Positions 51,706 through 63,314 of a DNA stretch of 64,000 bases are shown here, piece after piece. The notes beneath the pieces are model-generated. The model was given only the letters and a program-made list of their open reading frames with translations. It was not told the DNA's origin and did not search any database. This DNA is from Selaginella moellendorffii (taxonomy: Eukaryota; Plantae; Lycopodiophyta). The position numbers and the translations under genes were made by a program. Position 1 is the stretch's first letter; each line of letters starts with the position of its first letter. The stretch covers positions 1,518,890 to 1,582,889 of the forward strand of contig NW_003314297.1 of assembly GCF_000143415.4 (NCBI RefSeq), given 5' to 3'.

Positions 51706-53941
51706 GAATGGATCCCACTGACATCGATGAGCCGATGAAGAATCAAGTGGATGTAGTGGAGGTGAGCAATGCAGCTGTTCTCTCTTTCCTTGGTTCTTAT
51801 TTTGTTCCTCTGATCTTTTCTCCCTCTCTTCTCATCTCTGGATGAACACTAATTGATCAGAAAGAAGGATGGAGGAAGCTGCTAGCGTTTTTGGGGCCGG
51901 GGTTTTTGGTTTGCATCGCTTACATTGATCCTGGAAATTGTGAGCTTGGTTCCTTCGTTCTTTCCTTTCTTCGTTTCTTCGTTTTTTTTCTTCGTTTCCT
52001 GACAACGTTGCAGTCGAGAGCGATCTCCAATCCGGCGCGGAATATCAGTATGAGGTAGGCATTGCTAAATCTTGTTTCGTGAGTTATGTGACCTGAAATC
52101 CTTGCAGCTGCTCTGGATTATCTTGGTGGCTTCCGTGTCAGCTTTGATCATCCAGTCCCTGGCCGCGAATTTGGGTGTGGTCACTGGTAAAATGCACACA
52201 GTCTTGCTCAAGCACGCAAAGTGACTATTTCTTTATATTTCACCTTCCAGGGAAGCATCTCGCCGAGCACTGTAGGACCGAATATCCCAAGGTTGTGTCG
52301 ATTTTGCTGTGGATATTGGCCGAAGTTGCCGTCATATCAGCTGATATTCCCGAAGGTTCGTTTAGGCATTTTGTCTGCGTTGCAAAGTCAATGTTTGTTC
52401 CCTTCGTTTTTTCTGCCAGTCATAGGCACGGCATTTGCACTTAACATTCTGTTTAGTGTACCTATTTGGATCGGCGTCCTGTTAACTGGACTCAGCACAC
52501 TTCTCCTCCTGGCTTTGCAACAGTATGGAGTGAGTATTTTCAATTTGCGCGGCTTCTCTCCCGGTGATTTTGTTTAACAGCTTTTCGATTCTAGGTGCGC
52601 AAGCTGGAGCTTATTATCGCTGCACTGGTGATGATAATGACTGGATGTTTTTTTGCCGAGCTTGGTTACGCGAAACCAAATGCTGCACTAGTTTTGAAAG
52701 GGCTCTTTGTGCCTCAACTCAAAGGCGACGGTGCCACTGGGCTGGCTATTTCTCTCTTGGGGGCTATGATTATGCCACACAACCTGTTTCTTCACTCGGC
52801 ATTGGTTCTAACTCGAAGAATTCCTCGCTCTGATAAGGGAATCAAGGTAATTCAAAGTCTTCAAAGCTTCTAGCATGAACTTTCGTTTTTCTTTTATTTC
52901 TCATGTAGCAAGGATGCAAGTACTATATGTTTGAGAGTGGATTCGCACTTTTCTTCGCCTTTCTAATCAACGTATGTGTTATTGCTGTTAGCGGCTCGGT
53001 GTGTTCGCAACCAGATTTATCAGCCGAGAATAGAGCAAACTGTAATGACTTGGATCTAAACCGGGCCTCATTCCTCCTGCAGGTGCGTACTTCTTCATGG
53101 TCATTTGGAACTTTCTAAGTTTTTCTTCTTCTTTTTTTTTCTTTTTAACGGCAGAATGTGTTGGGACGTTGGAGTAAGATCCTCTTCGGCGTTGCATTGC
53201 TTGCCTCCGGGCAAAGCTCAACGATTACAGGCACATATGCCGGCCAGTACGTGATGCAGGGATTTTTAAACTTGAGGTTTAAACCTTGGATTCGAAACTT
53301 ACTAACCCGAGCGGTAGCAATTGTTCCAAGTCTAATTGTTGCGCTTATTGGTGGTTCTAGCGCTGCTGGACAACTAATCATCATTGTCTCTGTGAGTGCT
53401 CGTCTTCTCAAGTTTTCGATGCTTCTAACTGACATTCTGGTTTTCTAGATGGTTTTATCTTTTGTTCTTCCCTTTGTTCTTATTCCGCTGCTGAAATTCA
53501 CTAGTAGCAAAGTGAAAATGGGACCTTATGCTAACTCTTGGCCGGTAAGTGGAAGAACTGAGAACTGTATCCGCACTTTACGAGCATCAAACTGTGGTAC
53601 AGGTGATGTGCACAACATGGTTAATTGGTGGTGCTGTTATGTCTATCAATGTGTACTATCTTACCTCCTTGTTTGTGAAGTGGCTCATCAAGAGCTCCCT
53701 GGCAATGGGAGCTCAAGTGATGATTGGTATCCTGGTTTTTGGGATGATCCTTGTTTATTTGATTGCCGTGGGATACTTGGCATTTAGAGTGGACAGGGAG
53801 ATCACTTATCTGATTGTTTCCGACGAGCCAAGTAACATGGACCCGATTAACTTGGAAGAACTGGGCCACGGCCCATCGAGTGAGCTTCAACCGTTACCTC
53901 GGAAAGATATTATAGAGCTCCAGCTGCCGCGGGATGTATAG
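51633..53941 (+). CDS. NRAMP: NRAMP divalent metal transporter, copy B, N-terminal Q10 tract
   Basis: [46 protein letters not shown]; CAG/CAA repeat 51675-51704. Confidence 0.96.
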
Positions 53942-54629
53942 AGCGATGAGAACGAAAAAGCGAGATTATAATGAACTAGAAAATCAATAGCGACAAGAGC
54001 CTTCTCAATTCCAAGTCTGTATGAGGAAAGGGAGTACACACTATTTATGCTGCTTTGAAGGATCCAGGAAGAACACTATGGTTTTGTTCTTGCTGGATCC
54101 TAGCTCGAAACAAAATTGTCTACTTGTCTAGAGCACTCATGATGAGGATCCTGGCAGCAAACGAAGAAAAGAGGGTGATTTTGAGATTGAAACTCTTATT
54201 TCAATGAGACTTACCAGTTGCTAGTGGAGTGTTGCTGGGGCAATGGATGCTGTGATTCAGCTGTGGGTTGCGACAGCCTCTCTGCGATCTCCCTCACAAC
54301 TGCATCGGAAACATATAAAACCACGAGACAATTTCATCTCTCTTCTTACTTGTTCTCAGTGACTTCTTTGTCAATGTAGGTGATGGAGCTGCTGGCGTTT
54401 GAGATCCAATTAGCTTCTCAGATGGACTCATGCTGGGATCCAAGAACGATCTATCGAAGACTCAACTTTAACTGAGTTTGGGAAGAGAAACACCTGAAAT
54501 TTAAGTGGTCGGGCCAGCCGCCGCCGCCGCCGCCGCCACCAGTATCCGGCCGGCCGCCATATTTCGTCCTCATGCACATGTTGTACGGCAGATTGACATT
54601 GTGTACGGCATATCTTACAAAATCAAACA

Positions 54630-56489
54630 ATGCTTGAGACAAACGTATGTAATCGACCAGATTTTCTTAGCCGCCAGAGGGCGAAACTTGAACAAGACAC
54701 CTTTCTTGCCAACCGTGCCATCCAAATGCATGGCAAATGCGGGCGCATCGACCGCGCGAAGAGGATCTTTGACAGTCTCACTCATCCAAACGTGTTCTCG
54801 TTGAACATTATGATTTCAGCATATGCCCAGAGCGGGCATGTGGCTCAAGCAAAGGCTCTGTTCGACTCTTTTAAGTTTCCTGACACGGTAACTTGGAATG
54901 CGATGTTAACAGCTCTGGTACAAGAGGGCCATTACGAAGAAGCAAAACAATTTTTTGACAGGATTCCTAATAGAAACCAAGTTTCTTGGAATGCCATGCT
55001 TACTGCATATGCCCAGGTTGGTAATGTAAACGAGCTTGAATCGTTCTTTCAAAAGTTGCCAAATCCAAACGTTGTGACATGGACAGTGATGGTCCAAGGC
55101 TATGCAAGATGTGGCCGTGTAGATCGTGCTAAATGGGTTTTCGATGGAATGCCTATAAAAAATGTGGTAGCATGGACTGCTTTGCTTTCCGCATATACCC
55201 AGAACTGGCATGTAGAGGACGCTAAGATAGTCTTTGATAGTATGCCAGTTCGGACTCTAGTTTCCTGGAACGCAATGCTATCCTCGTACGCAACTTCTGG
55301 CCATGCTTTTGAGAGCGACAACCTGTTCCAAAACATGCCTCTACACGATCTTGTTTCATGGACTTGTATGCTCCAATTGCACTGCTCAAAGGGGGACATG
55401 GATCGAGCAGTGGCAATTTTTGATCAAATTCCCGCGTTTGATATCATCTCCTCTAATGTAATGCTGACAGCACTCACGACGAGCAAAGACCAGTTTCAGA
55501 AAGCAATGGATCTCTTCTCGAGAATGGAGCTGAGAGACGCAAACTCGTGGGCTGCAATCCTCACGCTCTACACCAGGTCGGGAGAGTTAAGCGAAGGGAT
55601 GAGGTATTTCTATGAGAAAATGCCTGAACACAGTGTTAAGTCTTGGAACACCCTGTTGCAGGCAAATGCCGCAGCTGGAAACTTAGAAGAAGTCAACAAA
55701 CTCTTTTGGAAAATGCCTTTGTGGTCATTGGCATCATTTTGTAGCATAATAGTAGCAAACTCCTGCTGTGGAAGATTGGACAATTCTCGAGAAGTGTTTA
55801 CATCTATGCCCGAAAGGGACCTGGTTGCGTGGAATGTTATGCTCGAGTCATATGCCACTAATGGGCATCTCGAGCTTGCCAAGAACTTGTTTGATTCAAT
55901 GCCAGAATGGGATGTTGCGTCGTGGAGTAGTTTGATGGGAGCCTTCATACACACTGGAAATCTCACTGGAGCGAGTGAAATCTTCAAAGATCTTCCTCAA
56001 AGAAGTGCCGTCTTTTGGAATGCGCTGCTAGTTGCATTTGCCCGCAGTGGGGATCTGGAAGATGCCAAGAAGATCTTCGATCGCTCGCCCTCTAGAGATC
56101 TCGCGGCCTGGAACACAATGGCCGCGGGATTCAGCCAATTTGGTCGTGGCGGTGACGCGCTGGAGAGCTTCCATTCGATGCTACTGGAAGGGATGCGCGC
56201 GGACGAGATATCGGTGCTCCACGCGCTCATCGGATGCAATCACCTGGGCCTCGTCGAGAATGCGGGGCGGATCTTTGCTTCCATGGCGGCGGACCATCGG
56301 CTGGTTCCCTGGATCGAGCATTACAGCGTCATGGCGGAAGCTCTCGGTCGCTCCTGCGAGGCTGGAGCTGCGAGAGAGCTCGTGGATTCGATGCCCTATT
56401 TTCCGGATAGGAAGACGCTGGGAGGACTGGAGACGAGCAAATTAAATCCGACCGTCTCTAAGCTCGCATGCTTCTTGAATGAGTCGTGA
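54630..56489 (+). CDS. PLS-class pentatricopeptide repeat protein, truncated in the E domain
   Basis: MHGKCG start, tandem V.WNAML.AY repeats, LIGCNHLG, EHYSVM..LGR, MPYFPD; intronless. Confidence 0.93.
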   Translation: MLETNVCNRPDFLSRQRAKLEQDTFLANRAIQMHGKCGRIDRAKRIFDSLTHPNVFSLNIMISAYAQSGHVAQAKALFDSFKFPDTVTWNAMLTALVQEGHYEEAKQFFDRIPNRNQVSWNAMLTAYAQVGNVNELESFFQKLPNPNVVTWTVMVQGYARCGRVDRAKWVFDGMPIKNVVAWTALLSAYTQNWHVEDAKIVFDSMPVRTLVSWNAMLSSYATSGHAFESDNLFQNMPLHDLVSWTCMLQLHCSKGDMDRAVAIFDQIPAFDIISSNVMLTALTTSKDQFQKAMDLFSRMELRDANSWAAILTLYTRSGELSEGMRYFYEKMPEHSVKSWNTLLQANAAAGNLEEVNKLFWKMPLWSLASFCSIIVANSCCGRLDNSREVFTSMPERDLVAWNVMLESYATNGHLELAKNLFDSMPEWDVASWSSLMGAFIHTGNLTGASEIFKDLPQRSAVFWNALLVAFARSGDLEDAKKIFDRSPSRDLAAWNTMAAGFSQFGRGGDALESFHSMLLEGMRADEISVLHALIGCNHLGLVENAGRIFASMAADHRLVPWIEHYSVMAEALGRSCEAGAARELVDSMPYFPDRKTLGGLETSKLNPTVSKLACFLNES

Positions 56490-56591
56490 TCCAACGGCTC
56501 ATGTAGTTCCTTGCTAGGGCTCTAGAGGGATTTGTGCTGGAAGAGCTCTAGGTTGGATAGATCTGTGGCAGCAGACATTAGATCCAGAATC

Positions 56592-57357
56592 ATGGCGTCG
56601 GGCCTCACGGCCACGGAGCTCTCCACAGTCGGCGGCATCGCGACAGTGTCGCTGCTCCATTCTTTCATCCCCACGCACTGGCTGCCCTTCTCAATCGTCG
56701 GGCGCGCACAGAAGTGGACGATTTCGCGAACGCTGCTCGTCAGTAAGTAGAAATTTCTGGATCCGAGCGTATTGAATTCGTTGCTCGATCGCAGCGGCGC
56801 TGGGAGCAGTGTGTCACGTAATCTCCACGGGGCTCCTGGGTTTCACAGCGATTACCATGGCCAACACCATCGCCGGCGAGGAGACTGTCCACACGCTGGC
56901 GTCGTTCCTCCTGATCTTCCTGGGCGCTGGCTACGTGATCCTCTTCCTGCTCGGTAAGGGCGGCCACAATCACTCACACAATCACTCCATGGAGAAAATG
57001 GCGGTGGCGGGATTGATCCTGGTGCCAACGCTGTCGCCGTGCGCCACGACCCTGCCGGTGTTCCTAGCAGTGGGCAATGCGTCGCGGGGATTCATCGTCC
57101 TCGCCATGGCCGTGCTCCTCTTCAGCACTCTGGCCGTGATGCTCACACTCGTCGCCCTCTCCTTCTATGGCGCCAGTCAGTTCAAATTCCACTGGTTTGA
57201 GCGCTACGACAAGGCGCTCGTCGGCGCCGTGCTGTGCCTGGTGGGGATTCTCACCTATTTCTTCCACGATCACGATCATCACGTCAGCCACCAGCATTCC
57301 TCGATCGAAGGCACCGTCGCGGCCTTCGACCGCCTCCAGAGGAAAATTCTCAATTAG
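56592..57357 (+). CDS. His-rich multi-pass membrane protein, NiCoT/UreH/RcnA-like putative metal transporter
   Basis: HSFIPTHW (HxxxPxH-type motif) after TM1, GHNHSHNH loop, LSPC motif, HDHDHH tail; one intron. Confidence 0.7.
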
Positions 57358-57702
57358 GGTTCATCCGGGCGGCTTCCTAGCCGTCCGTTTTGTAATTTAA
57401 TCCAGCGGCTCACATCGCGTTGAGCCATGGCATACTTCAAGTGCGCTCTCGCAACAAAACCCTATTCCATTTGCGCGCAGGGGGACGTCGTGCTGCTGCC
57501 ATCGATCATCTCGACACGGCATCGCGCCCGGCTCCTGAGGTCCAGGCGTGAGTTCCCGGTGCTGCGGGGGCTGCGCATTTGCGGGATTTCGGGCATGGAC
57601 GCTGCTGGATCTAGTGCAGTGGAGCCGAGCCAAGGAAGTAAGTAGTGATCTAGGCGTAATGCGCAGTACCGATGCGTTAGTTTGGCTTGAATCCTGGGCA
57701 GA

Positions 57703-58802
57703 ATGGGGGAAGACGATAACAATCGAGCCGGAGGGCAAGCATCTCGTCACGGTAGTTTGGCTGCATGGTCTTGGCGATACTGGCCACGGGTAAATTCATA
57801 GTTCTCTCGTTTCGTGGAAGTTTTAAAGCTCCATTTCTGTGCAGCTGGGCTTCCATTCTGAAGACTCTTTCTCTAAACAATGTGAGCTCTAGAAACTCTT
57901 TCTTGCAAGCTGATTTTGCGCTGCAGATCAGATGGATCGTCCCGACCGCGCCTGTCCGGCCCGTAACCATTAATAATGGATATCCATGCACCGCATGTAA
58001 GAATGATCGTCCTTTAGTGTTTCTGTATCGCTGAAGATCGTTTTCATTTTTCTGGTCTCTCAGGGTTTGATGTGGGATCGCTCTCGGACGAAGGACCAGA
58101 TGATATTCTTGGCCTAGATTCTTCTGCTGCATATGTTGCTAGCTTTCTTTCGAAGGAGCCTGCTGATGGTAAGGCTTCAGCATCTCAAATGGTTAACAGC
58201 CGTCAGAACTTTGCAGTGAAGGTTGCGGTTGGCGGGTTTAGCATGGGCGGCGCAACATCTTTGTACACTGCTGCTCATTCGGTTCTTGGGAAATACACGG
58301 ATGGAAAGCCATTTACTAGAAAGATAGACGCAGTCATGTCTCTCAGTGGATGGCTTCCTGCTGGCAAGTAAGTTTTTTTTCACTCTCACAAGGCCAGTTT
58401 ATGAGTTGTATAACACGTGCTGCTAGGTTGTTGCCAAAGCAAGTTGCTGAAACTCCAGACTGCTTGAAATTGGCCGCGGAGCTTCCAATTTTCATGGCTC
58501 ATGGGAAAAGTAAGAAAAGTTTGGAGTTGGACCTTTTTCCTGGGCTTATGGGGCACTGCAGATGACTTCATCGTCTATCACAACTTCGGCGAAATGTCGG
58601 CGCGGGCACTGAAGGAGTGCGGGTTCAAGAACGTCACGTTTAAGTCTTACAGAGGGTAAGGCCCTTTGTTGTTTCTTTTAGTCCAGGAGTTTGATCGATC
58701 CCTCTGCATTACGTCAGGCTTGATCACTCGACGACACCAGAGGAGCTAGACGACCTTTGCGAGTGGATTAAACAAGAGCTCAGTGTCCCTGAAAAAGTAT
58801 AG
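57703..58802 (+). CDS. Acyl-protein thioesterase / phospholipase-carboxylesterase
   Basis: VVWLHGLGDTG, WIVPTAP, AWFDV, GGFSMGG, LSGWLP, HG.DD.IV, GLDHST. Confidence 0.92.
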
Positions 58803-59142
58803 CAACGGGACATAGTTGTTGAGAGGTGGCCATGACCAGTTTCGCAACTAACTCGCCTATGGACGTGTTTCTGTAGTCGTGCGACGCGCGATCGTGACTG
58901 CACGACCGTAAAAGAGATGGCCACCATTTTCTATTATCTGCTTGCCTTGTCTTGGAATATATGTGCTTGAGTTTGTGCAGTAGTGTCATATGCCTGGGTT
59001 TGAGGGTGCAGTGCTGCTCCTCTTCTCGGTTTGCCTGTGTCTCTTTCTTCTGTTTATAAAGTCCTCGCTTGATTCGAAGCTGTTCTGGTGATTGTTGATT
59101 GACGTTTCCTGGAAACCATCACACAAGGAGGAGGGGCTAAGC

Positions 59143-60029
59143 ATGGCCACCCTTAGTCTGTGTTTCATCATTTTGCAGCTTCTGTCTGTGGCTTTTGCAG
59201 CGGAGCCCAGCGCGTTCCAGAGAGTTGAGGTACTTTTCTTTGAATTCTAGTTTTCTCAAGTTGATACTTGAGTGATCTTCTTGTTTACAGGATCCTTACA
59301 AATGGATTAAGCTCCATGGATGGTTGATGTGGGGATCGTTTGGATTGTTGATACCACTCGGTACTTTGGTGGTTCGTTTCTCTCGCTGTGCTCGTCACAG
59401 CCGAGAAGCTGCCAGCGACAAAATTGCGATTGTCTTCTACGCTCATTTGATTATCCAGGTTTGTTTCTCATCTCTTTAATTAGTGCGTTCTCGAAAATGT
59501 AGTTTGTATCGTTTTGTAGTCGATCGCGCTTCTTGTCTCGGCCGGTGGTGCTGTCTTGTCGTTCAGGAAATTTTCCAACCAGTTCATGCACACTCATCAG
59601 AGACTTGGCTTGGCACTGTGGGCTGTGGCTTGGGTACAGCCATTTATCGGGATTATCCGTCCCCGGACGTAAGCTTGATCCACGTCTACTCTCCGTGATT
59701 TATCTGTTTTGCTTAACAGTGGTCAGACTGCTCGACCGGTGTGGTTCGTTCTTCATTGGCTACTGGGAACCACCACCATCATCCTGGGCTTTTACAACGT
59801 GTACAACGGTTTGAGAATCTACGAGATGATAACTCAGAAGAGCCAGAGAACTCTCAACATCCTGTTTTCGATCCAGATTGCCGTAATGGCCGTCATCTAC
59901 CTCTTGCAAGACAAGTGGAACTACGTCAAGGAACAGAGCAGCAGTGGCTTCACGAAGGCCGCCATCGCTCCTCCAATGGTACGGCAGTACTCAGTTTCGT
60001 CTCATAGGAAGTACTACACGGCAGCATAG
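59143..60029 (+). CDS. Cytochrome b561 domain protein (ferric-reductase-like, no DOMON)
   Basis: Signal peptide; LHGWLMWGSFG, FYAH, THQRLG, QPFIG..RP, WFVLHWLLG give four heme His. Confidence 0.9.
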
Positions 60030-60219
60030 CAACAAAGAAAGTAAACGTGAATCGAGGTCTCTAAATTTTCCCTCTTATGGCCATTTGGCTTGATCTGGTG
60101 TGCTAGCTGACTCCTTGTCCGCCACAGATCTCTCGAGTTCATGAATCGAAATTCTGGACTTTCTGGTAAATCTTTTGCTTGGAAGATCAAAACAAAACGA
60201 AAGAGGCAAGCAAAGATAT

Positions 60220-61091
60220 TTACGTGCTCTCACGAGCCTGTTTCTTTGCCTTGTCGGCAGTCTCTTCGGCGGATTGCTTCGCTTCCTCGCTCTTCCCGGC
60301 CAGAGTTTCTTTCATCCGGCGGAAAGGCTCCTTGGCACCTTCGATCGTCTCATGCAACTTCTCCTTGACGGCCTGCGTCGTCTCGCTCAGCTTGTGCTTC
60401 ATACTCTCGGCCGTCCCCTCGGTAGTCTCCTTCGCCTTGGATCCCATCTCGCTAGCTTTCTCCTTGGTCTGTTCAGCTTTCACCTTGGCAGTCTCCTTCA
60501 CCTCCCCAGTTCGCTCGGCAGCTTCTCCCGCCTTGCTCTTGACGCGCTCCTTGGCTTCCTCGCTCTTCTCCTTGGCAGACTCCTTCACTTCCGTGGCCTT
60601 CTGCGAGCCCGAACTCACAGTTTCCTTGGCCTTGCTCGTGGCCTTGTCCGTGGCTTCGCCGACCTTGGACTTGGTGGCCTCGGCTTTGCGCTTGGCTTCC
60701 TCGGCTGCTTTGCTAGCGGCGGACTTTGCCTCCTCCTTCTTCGCCTTGGCCTCCTCACTAACCTCGTCGGTTTTTTGCTTCATTCCCTGCTTTGCTTCCT
60801 CGGCCTTTTGCTCGGCATCGTTAACCTTGGTCTGTGCCTCGCTTGCGTATCCTCGCGTGCGGTAAGACTGGCTGGGATCCTGTTGGTTGCAGAGGCGATC
60901 GATCAATAAGGACCTACATTGCTCTAGGATCTGGAGGAAAAAACCAAAGAAAAGCTTACTTCTTCCGGAGGAACAGCGTAGACTCTCCTTGCCCGGGGGA
61001 TGTTCGACGAGGCAACGTAGGAAGATCGCCTTTGAGTGGCGGGAGTGGCGAGCTTGACGCCGGAGAGCGCGAATCCACCCAGCTTCCACAT
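60220..61091 (-). CDS. Group 3 (LEA_4)-like late embryogenesis abundant protein with organellar transit peptide
   Basis: Exon 1 MWKLGGFALS..PPEE, intron ~60880-60959, A/K/E/T-rich 11-mer repeats (AKEKSEEAKER, TKEKASEMGSK). Confidence 0.8.
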
Positions 61092-61268
61092 TCTGTGACG
61101 GCTGCCGCTGCTCAAAACCGGACAAGATCCTGACGATGGCAAAAAAAGCGGTGAGCGAAACACAGCGGCGACAACCACCATACCACGAGAAGAGAGAGAG
61201 AGAGATCAAGCTAAACGAGGGTCTGAGAGTGCCTGATATTTGTAACCGATTGTTTGAGAGCCCGCAAG

Positions 61269-61337
61269 CATGCAAAGGCTGTCCACGTGGCGGACGCCCG
61301 GCGTGACAAGTTGCGAGCGAGAGCTTGCCCCACGCGT
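61269..61337 (-). promoter_or_regulatory. RY + ABRE + CE3-like module upstream of the LEA gene
   Basis: CATGCA 61269, CACGTGGC 61284, CACGCGT 61331. Confidence 0.55.
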
Positions 61338-61355
61338 CGAAGAAACTGCTCTCTC

Positions 61356-63167
61356 TCAGAACGGACTTTCCGTTTCCAGCTCGGGTGGTAAAGGTGCTAC
61401 GATCTCTAAACGCTGCAAGCGAAAAAATATATATAAGATTTTGAGATCTGTGGTCAACTATATGAACTTAAACCGTCTTGTTTCTACCTGGTTCGTCACA
61501 GGGTGATGGAACGTGAGCCGATGAGCATGCAAGTGATAACCACAGTCTCCAGGCAATGGATTTTCTGGTCTTTCATAGCCTCTGTTAGAAAACATGAGTG
61601 AGATCGGCAAGAGCAACGAGCGAAGGAGATCATACCCGTCCTCTGCGACACTCGCTTGTTCCAGGGTGCTCACAACCTGCGTTGAAGGTTGTCCACCGCG
61701 CACGTAAAGAGGATCGCCTGCGTTTTGAGATTCCAATCCGTTAGCGACAGCATCAGCAAAGGAGATTTTTTCGTAACTTACCGACCAAAGGGTGACCGAT
61801 GCTTGCCAAATGAATCCGTATCTGGTGAGCACGTCCAGAGAATATCTCTACCTGCGAATGAAGACTCACTGAGACAAAGCGCAGGATGGATATAATCACC
61901 TCTACAACTGTGCTGTTTTCTTCCGTGTTCCGCTTCAGTGTTGTCACCTTGCTGTGAGAAAGTTTCCCTGCTTGCATCGGTAAATGAAGATCTGTTCTTA
62001 TTTGGCAACGGCCCTTTCTTAGTTTCATACCTTTGGCAACGGCCATGTAAAGTCCTCCTCTAACCCCAGGATAATGAGCTCTCCCTATAGCTTGGTCAAT
62101 AGAAATCTACACGGGAAAAAGAGGAATAAGTAATAGTTTCCTTCTTTTAATACTACTGTCACCTTATCATCTTGGACAATACCGCAGACCAGAGCCCTGT
62201 ACACCTTCGACAACATCTCAAACCTGTCTTCATGAAAGGTCGCTTGTCATTTGCAATATTGAAATGGTTGAATGAAGCTAGCTTACCTTCTACACCTGAA
62301 CGCAAAGTGGCGGAAGCTAGCTTCATTCCTAGGACACATCTGGCCTGATCGGACTTAGCGCATAGTAAAACTCCTGAGAAATGCAGGTATTTAAAAAATA
62401 CAAATGTTTTAGTTAGAGAAGTAGCACACACATACACACCTGATGTTCCCCTTCCGAGCCGATGAACAGGTGTTGGATGATTTCTTTCTACTTGGTCTGT
62501 CACTCGCCACTGCAACTGCGACAGCACAGTTCTTTGCTGAAAGAGACCACCCGGTAGAACTTGCAAGCCCGATGGTTTATTAATCGCAAGCTACCATTTA
62601 GAAGCACTCAGATCCAGATCAATGAGAAAACCAAATACCACATTCCTACCAGATGCTCGTCTTCGTATAGTATTTCAAGCATGAATGGTGCGTTTGGTTC
62701 TTCCCAAGGGAACCTGTGGTACACCAGCGACGCGTTGTTCCTAAAAGAGAGATCGGAGAAGGAAACTATAAGAAAACCGGAGCTATGAAACTTCTACCTG
62801 ATCAAGGCGTCCGGGGAAGTGACAACTTCTCCATTGATTTCAATCTACAACAAAATTCTAAGAAACAAACGACTGGAATCCAATACTACTCGTGAAAGTT
62901 ACCTGTCCCTTAAGAATTCTTCTCAGCCAGCTGCAAGCCAAGAGCTCAATAAGTCCAAATCACATAAGAACATTCTAACTTTTACCCTTCTCTAGAAGCG
63001 GAGCTCTGGTATCTCGACGCGTAGTAATCCAAAACGCTTTCACCTGTGTTGTAAATGGGAACAAATGCGCTTTACTCTGCTAGCTTACCTTGCTGAGACG
63101 ATGGAAGCCTGGCGATCTCGGCGTATCGTACGCCATCGTTCATCTCCGGCCATGGCACTCCAAACAT
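61356..63167 (-). CDS. RluA-family RNA pseudouridine synthase-like protein (plant PUS5-like), multi-exon
   Basis: WPEMNDG, YHRFPWEEP, INKPSGLQVLPGG, VHRLGRGTSG, SGRAHQIRIHLA.IGHPLV|GDPLY, GYHLHAH, APLPPEL. Confidence 0.9.
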
Positions 63168-63314
63168 AGCTCTCTCTCAAGAACCCTAACACCTCTAGAG
63201 ACTCAAGAACGTTGTATTTTAGTGTTACAGACGCTTGGAGATGTACAAAGAAAGAGCAACGCGTTGAGCTTGCCCAGTAAAAAGTTTGACGCGCCCTCTA
63301 TTTGTTTACTCTTC

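Noticed and set aside
54059-54101. Iron-responsive element in NRAMP 3' UTR
   Set aside because: Loop is not CAGUGN and there is no C bulge; kept only as a generic hairpin
60931-60959. 29-nt intron in LEA
   Set aside because: Probably too short; the in-frame acceptor at 60880 gives a normal 80-nt intron
60175-61275. Long + strand ORFs over the LEA gene and the 351-aa N-terminal extension
   Set aside because: Antisense shadows of K/E/A repeats; a spliced model from ATG 61091 explains the gene better
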